A DNA stretch of 64,000 nt from Tubulanus polymorphus (lineage: Eukaryota; Animalia; Nemertea). Numbering within the stretch: the stretch's first letter is position 1; each line of letters begins with the position of its first letter. A program made the translations under genes and the position numbers. The stretch is taken from NCBI RefSeq assembly GCF_964204645.1, contig NC_134031.1:16665807-16729806 (forward strand), given 5' to 3'. Below the pieces are notes generated by a model that saw nothing but the letters and a program-made list of their open reading frames with translations, was not told where the DNA came from and ran no database searches. Of this stretch, positions 1-11,582 are shown piece by piece.

Positions 1-3000
1 TTTATATTGGAGCCTTCGAACACGAGTGTTTTTGCTGGACAGCCCGTGTCGTTACAGTGCTCTCCTCCGTACAGCGTTCCAGCCGCTCAAGTCGTCTGGT
101 ATAAATCGAATAATCCGTTCGCTCAGCGACCGGGAGAGTTTGCCGTCACCGTATTGAATACCGGTGATCTGTATTTCTCGAACGTTCAACAGTCCGACGA
201 AGGGATGTATTCGTGCGTCGCGTTTAATGATAAAGCAGCCCCAACCACTCGCATGTCTAGATCAGCCTGGCTTACTGTTTCTGGTAAAGATGATAGTTTG
301 CATTAATAACCATTGATGAAACACTCTGTCCATGTTGTGATGATGATGATATGAAATAGAAGAATGAAAAAATAGAGTCTGAAAAGTTTCATTGAGCTAG
401 TAGGTTATTCAATGTTTCGACTACATATTGATAGTCATCTTCAAGAATGCTGATATTATAACAAATTATGAGATATTCAATCCAGAACAAATATACTACT
501 CAAGGAAACTCTATTTTCTCAGTGTGGCATTTTATATTTTAAGTTTGCATCGAATTTGGATAGATCACCTATTTTTTATCGCCATTGATTTTATACTCGT
601 CACGTTATAGGAGGGCCGAAGATTCTGGAGCCACCGGTTCCCGTGTCGGTTATCAAAGGCAGGTTATTACGACTGAAATGTAAAGTTGACGGTGAACCAT
701 TCCCTACAGTTACATGGTTCAAGGATAGCCAAAAACTCAATCCCGATTTTCGTATAAATTTAAGGTAATTTCATCACTATCACTCGATATTTTCACCAGA
801 ACTTAAAAAATGAATTATCATGTTGATTCCTGCTGTTTCTCATTGTAGCATGCGAAATCAAGAATTACTAATCAACGTTGTCGATAAAGTTGACGAGGGA
901 ATTTACGTCTGCCAAGCGACAAATAAGTTCGGTACAAGTAAAAGTCAACCGGCGAAAGTGAATGTGATTGGTAAAATAGTCATTACGTGTATCATACTTT
1001 GAGTTGTATCAGTTTCTACTGAACGGTATTCTAAATTGATGATATGATCCCATTTCAGTACCGGTCGCTATCCTCCAGTCTGTCGCGAGTGTTACCGTCA
1101 ATGAAAGCCAACCGGCTGTTTTAAAGTGTATCGCGTATTCTGATCCGGGACCGGTCATCACCTGGTTGAAAGGTATCATTTCATACATTACTCGTATTCT
1201 GATGGTATATCCATCGATTTATTCGCATATCTTTTAATATTTCTAGATGGTCAAGTTATTACGTATACTGAACACATACAGAAAGTAGCGGAAGGCTTGT
1301 ATATAAAGAAAGCTGTCGCAGGAGATGCTGGAACGTATACCTGTCAGGTTTCCAACCCGGCTGGCATGAAAAGTTCGCATGCAGTTCTCACTGTGTACAG
1401 TAAGTTCGAAAAACGTTACGTTATATCTTGATGGCTTCCATCAACTTCATCTTGTTTAAATTGTATGAATATGTCCTTGTATTCTTTACAGCTAAACCGC
1501 AGTTTACGGAGACTTCATTGGAAAATGTTGTCAATGTTTCTGATACCGTTGTTTTATTGTGTAAAGCTAAAGGTGTTCCTGTACCTTCTATTCAGTGGTT
1601 TTATAATGTAAGTATATTGTCCTATCGTTTTAAAGATTCGTTCATTTATCTGCATTTTGTCCGCATAAAGAATACATTCTTTCTTTACAGGGCTCTAGAC
1701 TGATATTGAAAGATATGAAATTCTCGAGTAATAACTCTGTGGTAACGATCAACTCAATAAATATCCATCAAACTGGAGTTTACAAATGTATTGCCAATAA
1801 CTCATTAGGACGTGCTGAAAAATCTGGATTTCTTAAAGTTCAAGGTTAGTACATTCTTTAAATACTCTACCGATTACAGAATGTTCTTCTGGCGCCTTTG
1901 TTACGCTCTACCTATTCGGGAATAGCATAATCTGTAAACCTACTGGAAGGCCGGTAGAGATTTTGTAATCCTGTATTGCTATTCCTAGATCGGAATACGG
2001 CCTAAATTACAGAGTAGACTCATATATTCTGTTTCGAGTCCTTTTAGACACAGTTATCGTTATTCATTTTACAGTGGCTCCTGTTTTAAGATCGTTAGGT
2101 CGGCCTGGATCATTAGTCGTTAGTCGCGGTCGTAGTATAGAATTGAAGTGTCGAGGTGCCGGTATTCCAGACCCTGTTTATAGGTGGTTTCATAACGACA
2201 CCGAGATAAAACCATCGCTCGATAAGCGTGTTTCATTCCCGACGTTTAATCAGTTACTCGTGCAATTCGCTACAGAAAATGACGCTGGTAATTACAAAAA
2301 TCTTTCCGATTCACGGTTTTTATAACTGATAATTCAAATTTCTAATAAGTTTTTTCGATGTTCTATATATAAAGGTATTTACAAATGCGAAGTCACTAAT
2401 ATACTTGGTCGACAGGAACTTACAAAGATAGTTTATGTCAGAGGTAAGGCATGGTTTGATGTAATAAACATTTGGTAAAGACTTGCTTTTTGCTCAGCAA
2501 ATGTTCGAGTGAATTGATGTCTGGTTGTGGCATATATTTTTTTCCTACAGGTTTGCCGCGTCCGCCAAAACTTGAAATACCGACCCCCTTGTCGCAAAGT
2601 TCTATCAGATTAAACTGGATTCCGGCAACTCAAGCTCCACAGAATTCCGTTTTGAATTATGTGATTCAGTATTCTCCGAAGTAAGTGTTCGTGAATTGAA
2701 CGTCTTTCTGATTGAATTTATCCGTATTAAACGAGGAGTTTTGCTTTTACTTTGAAATAGAATTGGTGGAAATCCAGTGAAAATGATCGTTCCTAGTTCT
2801 GTCGTGTCGCTCAGTGTAGATAGTCTAAACACTGCAACTGAATATCTGTTCTGGATCGCTGCTCAGAATGAAGTTGGAACCGGTCAATTCACTGGCAAAC
2901 TTAAAGCGAAAACATTTGAATCCGGTAAGAATTAATAAACCTGGGCCCAGTTCCATAGTCCAAACTTATGTCCCAAATTGGTTTCTTAAGACTTGTCTTG

Positions 3001-6000
3001 TTAGATTGGCCATAAAACTAACTTGGTCTTTAGGCTTGTCTTAAGTCTAAGCCATGACTATGGAACCGGCCCTCTGGTAGTTAACCCAGTAGTTGTATTC
3101 TTGTATTACCAAAAGATTTTGTTTCAAAAGCTAACGTTCTATGGATATTGAAAGAAAAGAATGCTCCATTCCAGCTCCTACTGCACCGAGGAATTTGAAA
3201 GTGATTAAAAAGACTAAGTCTAGTTTGATGTTGGCGTGGGAAGAACCTGAATTTAAGAACGGTGATATAACCGATTATGAAGTTCAATACAGACAGCAAG
3301 GTTATACTGGTCAGTTCTACTCAACCATCAAACTGATTTATGTTTCTACTGAAATAGTTATTTAAGAATTGAAATCATCGTGCCATTATCGATTGCAGAA
3401 TTCAAACTCATCAAGATATCCAATCCAAAACTTCCATATCAGGAGCTAACAGTCGTAGAATTGAAGGCATATACGCCGTATGAATTTAAAGTTCGAGCAG
3501 CTACAATAGAACGCCAGGTTCCGATATTTGGTTCATATACACCTTTGATAAGTGATATAACTAGTATGGATGGTAAGAACCAGTAACGTAAAAATGGCTG
3601 CATTCTATGATTAAGATTATGATTATTATTACTATTATTATTATTTCTTTTTTTTAGCACCCACAGCAAGTCCTCGAAATATAAATGTAACGGTTTTAAC
3701 GAACACGTCCGTGTTTGTCTCCTGGGAGGTAAGATCTTCTGGTGATGTTGCATGATGAATTCATTTCATCACTTTTCATTTACTTTTTGATTTTGATTTA
3801 CAGCCGATCTTGTCGCAGTATCAACACGGTGCAGTGAATCTGTATAGAATCTCAGTTGAACAGATGAATCTGCCATCGACTCGCGTTGTGAAAACTGTTA
3901 AATCGACCTCGTTGAGTACGACTTTAACCGGCTTGTTGCCGTGGAGGTACTATTCGCTAACAGTCACAGGTGTCAACACGATAGGACCGAGTCCACCGAG
4001 TCCAGCCGAGATTTTCCAGACTCTTCCAGGAGGTAGGTGATTTATACCATCTCTACTTACCTGGAAATCAGGGAAAAGTCGGGGAATTTTCCTTTCTTTG
4101 TAAAAGTCCGGGAATAGTCAGCATTGTAAAAAAGCTAAAAAATTAGGGAAAAGTCATGGAAATTTGTTGAGACCGCGTGTTAAGATAAATAGTTTCCGTC
4201 TATCGAGTCAGGGCAAACACTGTGCGTATCAGGGAATAGTCAGGGAAAAGCAAGTCAGACAAAAGTGGCCACCCTGTTTCATCTGAAATTGTCAAGTTCA
4301 GTTTGTATTTTCTAATGTATGTGTGTTTATTTTTAGTACCCAGTGGGCCTCCGCAGGATATAAAACTGGGTGTCAATAAATCGTCTATTTTCGTTACTTG
4401 GAAGGTAATCTTTAAAAATCCAACAACTGAGTTGCATGATCTGATTGGTAATGGGGTTCTGCTTAATGGCTTGTTTGTTTTTGTGTAGAGATATAATAGA
4501 TTCATGAAAGGTTTTTGTGCATTTAAAAGGAAAAAGGCATCTAATACATTGCTTCTGCTTCTAACTTCGATAGATATACTGTAGTACCCCAGCAAACTTG
4601 CCCTTGTATAAGATTTATCCAGATGATTTTGAGTTTTAGAACTTTTCTGTAGTCATACAATTTTGCTACATATATCTAGTCTTAACTAGCAATGGAATCA
4701 TTACCGGTAGTTATATAGTAACCATTATAACTGGTGTTGAGTAATTCCATATTGAACTGAAATCACGAAATTGAAAAAATAACAAATTCTGAATGGATTA
4801 AAGATGATTATTGTTCTCATATAATCTCGAAAGCCTTGTATATGTATAAGCGAATGAGAATATTTCGAGAGAAAAGCATTTATCAATTGCATGTTTTTGT
4901 CGTCTGCTGATGCGAAGGAAGTATGTTTGTTATTGTGTGTTAATACATCCTACTGTAGGAAGTAGCTGATGATCAATGTAACAGTATCATTCATGGATAT
5001 ATTTTACGTTACGGTGCTGCTTGTTGTAACTGGTCTCGTCAAGTGCAAATTAACCTGACTAATCAGCTTAACTATACTATAAGGTAATCAGTTTCTTTCA
5101 ATTGTGTTGTTGATGTTGTGCGTATTAAACCCACTAAAAGTGCAGCGGAAAAATTCTAAAATATTCTTAAAGATTTTGATGAAATTTGTGGTGCCATTTG
5201 CCCCTAATTATGACAGATGCGAATGCTGCTCTTTAGGGCGTTATATGAATGTTATCGCTGTGCTTCTTGTGTTAGAACATCTTATAAGTATGTCGCATTG
5301 ATTTGATGAGCCTCTTCAATCAAGAGCGATATTCCATTATTCTGATTGTTTCATATAAGTTTCATATCGAATTACAGTGAACTGAAACCATGGACAATGT
5401 ATTGGATTGAAATACGAGCTTTCACACGGCAAATACCGGGCGGCTTCGGTCCATTCTCGCAACGTTATGAGATCCGTACTTCACAACACGGTATGTAATA
5501 AGTGCTATTAATTCATGACTGGTAGCTACTAACTTATTTGGTTATTATCTTCAGATTTGCGAAGACTCTCAGTTTAATGTACATTTCATTATGATATTTT
5601 AGTTCCCGGTCCCGTTAAGAACGTGAAGGCTACTGCGATGTCGTATTCTGCTCTAATAAGTTGGGATACCCCGGATGAAAAGAATGGTGTCATAATACAT
5701 TATATCGTCACATACGTCACTATTGGCTCCGTAGAAACAACTACTGATCGCAGTTCTACCGTCGGTAATCAAAAACAAACTTCGTCTACTCGAACTTCAG
5801 TTTCTAACTCATCTAGAAGTACCGCTATCGCGAGTAGAACAACAGGTAAGATGCAAGTTATATTGAAATTTCTTTTCTAACTGCGATCATTTGAACAAGG
5901 AATGCAGTAAACCTCGCACAAACTGGGACTGGCAAAAATTGGTCAGAAGTAAGCGAAGTCTTGAGTTAAGGACAGGAAAATATGTTAGGAAGTTAGAAAA

Positions 6001-9000
6001 AGTTTGTTTTGAGTTAGTCGAGAGTCTGAGTTGACCGTGTATGTCCCAAGTAAGGCGAGGTTTACTGTATTTTTATTTCTCAAGTTTTTCGGTAACTCAG
6101 ACCGTGCTCGAATATCATTTGGGGACTTTACTCATTTTTAGCGATTCCATCAAAATCGAGGAAACGTCGACGAGAACCGTCGCATAACTCGACGCTTCGC
6201 ACTGTCACTACAAATGACACCGATGTTAGATTGGATTCTCTGCTGCCAAGCACGTTGTACAGCGTCAGTGTTAAAGCTGCCACCAAGGTCGGGCCGAGCG
6301 TTACACCTGTTACAATCACATTTACAACTTGTAAGTTTATCAGTCAGAAGGTTGTTCAGTCTTACCTATGGAAAGGTTATATTATCAGCATCTTGGAAAT
6401 GATTTCTTTTTAGTGCTTATGAATGTTGATTTTAACCCTGATAATACGATGTCTATTTCAGTATTCCCTCCAACCATTCCCTCTACCAAAGTCTCCCAAC
6501 CTATGACCTCTAGTACCTTGAAGTTAACTAGTAATGAAGGTTAGAGTATAATCTTAAAAAGCACCATCTCACAGAACATCTCACCGTGCACAATTGCTTG
6601 AACCATCTAGAATATTAAGGTTTTACTGGGGTTTTTTGCACATTGGATATTTCCATTTTAAGCAATCAATTCCTCTCGCACTAGTGAATTTTTCTACATT
6701 TTAACGAAGTATTTTTTTCATTCCTGGCAGTACAAGCTACAACTTCAACATCCGCGCCCTCAGGAGGTGGAAGGCAGTTGTCGGTGCTCGGGATTCCTGA
6801 ACATCACATGCCGTATTTCATCGGAGGATGTACCGCTGCTCTTCTGTTCATATTGATTGTTTTGATTATCGTAATCATTTGTTGTTGTCGAAAGAAGCGC
6901 AAGTCGCACGCGAAACCGATGAAGTTTTGTAAGTAATAAAACGCTGAAGTTAGGAAGGTCTATTTAGTAATATTTGTACCGTATTACATTTTATACTTCA
7001 TAATGTCATTTTCAGTCATTCCTCCTCCGAACATGCATGCGGATATCACAGACACGACAGACGATTTTAGTCTGACTGATAATCAGAGGTCTTTCGATGA
7101 CACTTTATCTTCATCGTCACCATCGATTGCCTCAACTGCTGCCGGAGACGTCAGAAAATCTGTAAAACCTAAATATTCCCAAAATTCTCAGCCTTCAATG
7201 GTGAGTCTTTATCTGAACTTATGACACTGATATATTATGATTATAAATCTAAAGGGGCTCCTTTCATCTTTGTGCAGGCAACACCATCTTCAGAAAATAC
7301 TGGACCATCGTCTTTGTCTTATGTGGGCTTGTCCACAAATTTGTCTTCAACTTCAACGCAACAGTTCTCAGGTAATGAAGTCATATCACATGGCACAGCG
7401 GCCGAGTGTTTTAAGCCACAGTTCACTGGTCTCGTCAATCTAAGGTTCGTGGGATTAAACTCTGGTAGCAACAGAGTTTCTTGGCCGAAGGTTCTTCCCT
7501 GGTCTCTCCCCTTAATTGGCAAAAAAGAAACATCAAACCTGCCAAAAATGCTCTGTGTGTTGAGGGAAAAAAATTAGTCATGAACTTTCAGTCAACTCAT
7601 TTTAATTTGCTGTGTATCAAATTCTCTGCCATTTTAGGAATCCCGAATCCCGGTTATAATTTACCGACTGATAGAGATTCGGAGCCATCTTTAACGACAT
7701 TATCATCTACGCACGCTTCTCCACCGGTCGCTACGTCTACTCCCGATTCAAAGGTTTCTAAGGTATGTCCGTAATTCAACCGTAGATAATGTATGAGTAG
7801 TTATGAAGATAATGATGACACAGACTGTGGGATTAATTTTATAGGTTTTCACTGATTACTATGACTCTAGTAGTACCCGGTACCTATTATCTGTAATGTA
7901 GGACTTTTGGTATGTGTATAAATATTGTAGTTAGTGCCAATTTTCTATGAATTTATTCTTTTTAATCGCGATCTTCTTCAGTAGCCTGTTAGCAATTTTT
8001 CAATGAATCGACGACCAGCAGTAGAAATTGTGTCTTTATAAAAGTTTTCTTAAATATTTCATACAAATATTTCATATATTCATCTTTCACATTATCTTAG
8101 ATAGATTTATCTAACACCATGCGTCGTTAATGAACTTTTCGCTTTGTGGAAGTTATCTTTTCAAGCTTCAATTGGCCGTGTCTACATTGCCATCTGATAA
8201 TGATAATGATAATGATAATGCTATATTGTGATATGTGCGATTCTTTTTTTATGCTTTCAGTATCATCGCAGGTAAACCTGAGTGATTGTATATGCTTGTG
8301 TGATGTTGTGCTTAACAAAATTTATATCAAATTTAAAGAAAAAATGCACCATTTCTTTGGAAGATAAAGGAATGTGGTTCACAAATATGTGTGTACATTA
8401 TCGAAACAAACATTGTTTGAAATGTGGTTGGTTTTGGTGAATTGTTGTCGTGAGGTGTGCTTAAACATTCTGTTACTCTGTACTAGAAGAAAAGTGGTTT
8501 AGATTCCATATTTTATCAAAATATATACCTGGCATAAGGAAAGTTACTGTAGTCCCAGGTTGCCTTTAGACTATAAATAGTGAATTTATTGAAACGTAGT
8601 AATTCCGACGAACAAAGGGTCCTAAATCTGAGTATCCTTCATGGATAAATGAGTTATGTTGATTTTTGCTACCACAAATATGGTTGAAGTGTATACGAGT
8701 GGCTGCAATTTTTTTCTGGGGTTATCCTCAGGGTTACCATGCTCTTGAATGTGGCAAGGAGAGTTCAGCACCAAAAATTGAGTATACCCGTGAACAAATA
8801 TGTCGAGTGCTATACTTGAAGGGGTACTCTGAATTGAGTATGTCTTGATAAATTCACCTTATATAAATAGGTCTTGGCTATAGACCTTTATCATTATTAT
8901 AGGGCCAGTAGATAGGTGGATTCGAGGTATTGACGTCAATATCACATTGTAATGATACTAAAATCCACTCTTTATGTTGTTTGTTTCAGAAGAGATCCAT

Positions 9001-9151
9001 TACCAAGAAGCATAATTTAAGAATGCGCAATAAAAACGCGGCGGCAATAGCTCGGGACCGCGAACGAAAATCGAGTTTCAATTGCGATGATATGGATATT
9101 CTGATCGACAATGAAGCGATCATCGTATTTGAGGAGAGAACAGTTCTATAA
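1..9151 (+). CDS. Ig-superfamily/FN3 single-pass cell-adhesion or guidance receptor (Robo/DSCAM/neogenin-like architecture), 5'-truncated by the window edge
   Basis: GT-AG exons, approximately: <1-283, 611-764, 850-970, 1059-1171, 1246-1399, 1491-1607, 1691-1843, 2075-2287, 2375-2443, 2551-2680, 2761-2923, 3174-3309, 3399-3572, 3658-3728, 3804-4033, 4337-4404, 4958-5082, 5378-5491, 5603-5845, 6142-6331, 6462-6539, 6731-6928, 7016-7200, 7278-7371, 7638-7762, 8990-9151. They encode at least 5 I-set Ig domains (C..W..DxGxYxC), 5 FN3 domains (L.P.T.Y...V.A....G), an S/T stalk, a TM helix (YFIGGCTAALLFILIVLIIVIICCC-RKKRK) and a tail ending ERTVL. Exact orthology not recognised. Confidence 0.88.
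2943..3072. mobile_element. PIF/Harbinger-type MITE (family A)
   Basis: TIRs GGGCCCAGTTCCATAGTC / GACTATGGAACCGGCCC. The interior resembles the copies at 9283 and 25004. Confidence 0.75.
4052..4276. mobile_element. hAT-like MITE (CAGGGTGGCCAC family)
   Basis: CTTACCTGGAAATCAGGGAA...AGTCAGGGAA repeats, ending AAGTGGCCACCCTG. Homologous to the copies at 23034, 24205 and 61983. Confidence 0.7.
5905..6067. mobile_element. pogo/Tigger-like MITE
   Basis: TIRs CAGTAAACCTCGC / GCGAGGTTTACTG, with TA on the right flank. Confidence 0.7.
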
Positions 9152-9282
9152 AGTGTTCATTCATACTGCTGCAGTTACAACTCAATTTACGGAGCAAAAA
9201 CTTTAAAATCAGAGTTGCTCGCTTAAAAATAGAACAAATAGGCTGGGGATATTTTTACGGGTGTTGAATATCGCAATTTCTG

Positions 9283-9398
9283 GGGCCGGTTGCATAGTCA
9301 TGGCTTAGACTTAAGACCAACTTTGGTCTATAGTCAATTTAACAGTCTTAGGATTTGAGACCACTTTTGGACTTAAGTCACGACTGTGCAACTGGCCA
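9283..9398. mobile_element. PIF/Harbinger-type MITE (family A)
   Basis: TIRs GGGCCGGTTGCATAGTC / GACTGTGCAACTGGCCA, flanked by a CTG...CTG 3-bp TSD. Lies 3' of the Ig/FN3 gene stop codon. Confidence 0.75.
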
Positions 9399-9803
9399 CT
9401 GTATCCTTTCTAAACAACCATAACCCCTTAAGCCTAAAGAAAGGGAAAGGAGTTATCCAACTGCTGATATTATTTTGTGGTGTTTTTTAAGTCACTAAGA
9501 GATTTATGTCTGTATGCAGACACTATGCATTATATATTCAACAAATGTTTGTTATTTTGTAAATTTTGTATTCAAATTTCTCGAGTGCTGTGGATTTTAA
9601 CGATATTCATATATTGATGTATTAATAATGTATTGTGTACATTATCTTTGTTATAAAAACCGTCCTTGATCTGCTGATTATGTTAATGTATTATTATGCA
9701 TGTATCACTTGTATTTACAATAAATGTGAGGATTAATTAACCGTAACTGAACTTTACTACCTTACGTTGACAGTACTAACCAGTACCAGTAGTCATGCAT
9801 CTG

Positions 9804-9875
9804 GATCCAGTTCCACAGTTCTCAGTTAGAGTTAACTCTGAGTCAAATCTTAACTCACAACTGTGGAACTGGGTC
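9804..9875. mobile_element. PIF/Harbinger-type MITE (family B)
   Basis: TIRs GATCCAGTTCCACAGTT / AACTGTGGAACTGGGTC with a CTG TSD. Confidence 0.75.
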
Positions 9876-11374
9876 CTGGGCATCTTCCAAAGTTGATTTA
9901 AGTTCCTCTAAGCGTTGATCGGGTTACCACAGTTCAGAATTTGTGTTAAAAGGACCTGTGGAGTTGTTCCTCGAGCAGGTAATAAACAATGCAAAAATGT
10001 GCAGGAATTGTCAGGACAGGACTTGATTAGAGCCAAGGATGATGATGACAGTAACATTGTTCAGCCAGGACAATCAAAAGCACTCCCAAAGCTCTCCTCG
10101 TCTCCCTCTAATGAGTCGGGACTGGTAGAATTCCACAGAGCCAAATTACAGCAATACCGTTCATTATAGACTTAAATATATTTATGTATATAAATTACTC
10201 ATAATATTTCCTCAACGATACAAAAAGATACATGTAGATTTTCAACTTGTTTTACAGCAAAAATGCAAAAATCATCATCTATGATATTATATGACATGCC
10301 GAATAGTACGTAGTAAAAGTTTGAAATTTGTTTTTGCGGAGATTTTTTTTGGATTGATATTTTCGATATTTTGCGATATATCGTACGGGACACACATGCA
10401 CAAAACATACAATGTATAGACTCGATCACAACACTGAAATGACAATACGTAGCTACAGGCTTACAGCCACCTCAATGCACTATTACAATTACCCTTCCCT
10501 AGTTTGATACCGGTCATAGGAGCCTGTTCCACAGTTGCGACCTATGATTATCAGACCAGGCTATGCCTATTTTGTTCTATCCAACCCTTGGAAACGGGTC
10601 ATATATCTATGATTTAAGTCGAATAAGTGTTGAGCATGGCAGACGTCAATACATCATGGCTGACGATGATTCAATGAATTTATTTCATCATAAACCCTAA
10701 ATCTCGCGTCTTATTGAACATTCCAGGAGCAGAATATCGAGTAAAATTTAACTACATAATTCGGTTTAAAAATTCTCTCTAAAACATAATAATACGTCCT
10801 CGTGTATACACTCGAAGTAAAACACTCGTAAAAATTTACCTTCGAAGCTTGATTTTTGGATAAAATCTCAGAGAACAAAATCAAAATACAGATATGCAGA
10901 CTTAGTTCCTTAAATATCGTACCCCCTCCCCCATCCCCTCCCCTGTATATGTGCATGTTTAAGCATTACGTATATAGGGAAAAAATTACCGGGTACGAAT
11001 ACTAATTAAATAGATCACCCCCCCTTTTCCCCAGCCCCCAATTTTAGCAAAAGCAGATCTTTAATACCAAATAAACATCGACTTGACTCCATCTAATGAC
11101 TTATCCCTCTTTCTATATACAATATACATGTCACAAATAAATAGCTATTCATTATGCCATTAAGATCGTAGCATTCCTAGATCTCGCCGTCAATTTTGAT
11201 TATGGTTAAGCTGTCATGATAATTATTCGATTTGATTTTCAGTTGATGTATCAGTTCAGGTGGGTTTTGTCGATATCCGATTCATAATCTTCTATCGATG
11301 CATTTCATTCGGACCTTTCATCGGTTTTGTACATAGTTCAACGATCGATTTTGTCAAAGCACATATAAATAGTA

Positions 11375-11575
11375 CAGTAGAGAGCCCGCTCAAAATCCGG
11401 ATTTGATCATTTTATGACCGATGAAATTCATCTGGTTTACAGAGTAATCCGGATCAAAAAAAATCTTATTTTACTTCTACTCGTGAATAGATGGACTATA
11501 AATAATAACCGGATTAGATCGAAATACTGATTCGACTTCGATCAGAATTAATCCGTGTTTGAGCGGGCTCCACCG
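11375..11575. mobile_element. Tc1/mariner-pogo-like MITE in the MEGF8 3'UTR
   Basis: TA-CAGTAGAGAGCCCGCTCAAA...TTTGAGCGGGCTCCACCG-TA: imperfect TIRs with a TA TSD. Confidence 0.7.
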
Positions 11576-11582
11576 TATTTCA

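Noticed and set aside
9915-10169. 84-aa ORF between the convergent 3' ends
   Set aside because: It has a non-ATG start, no recognisable domain and no convincing splice context.
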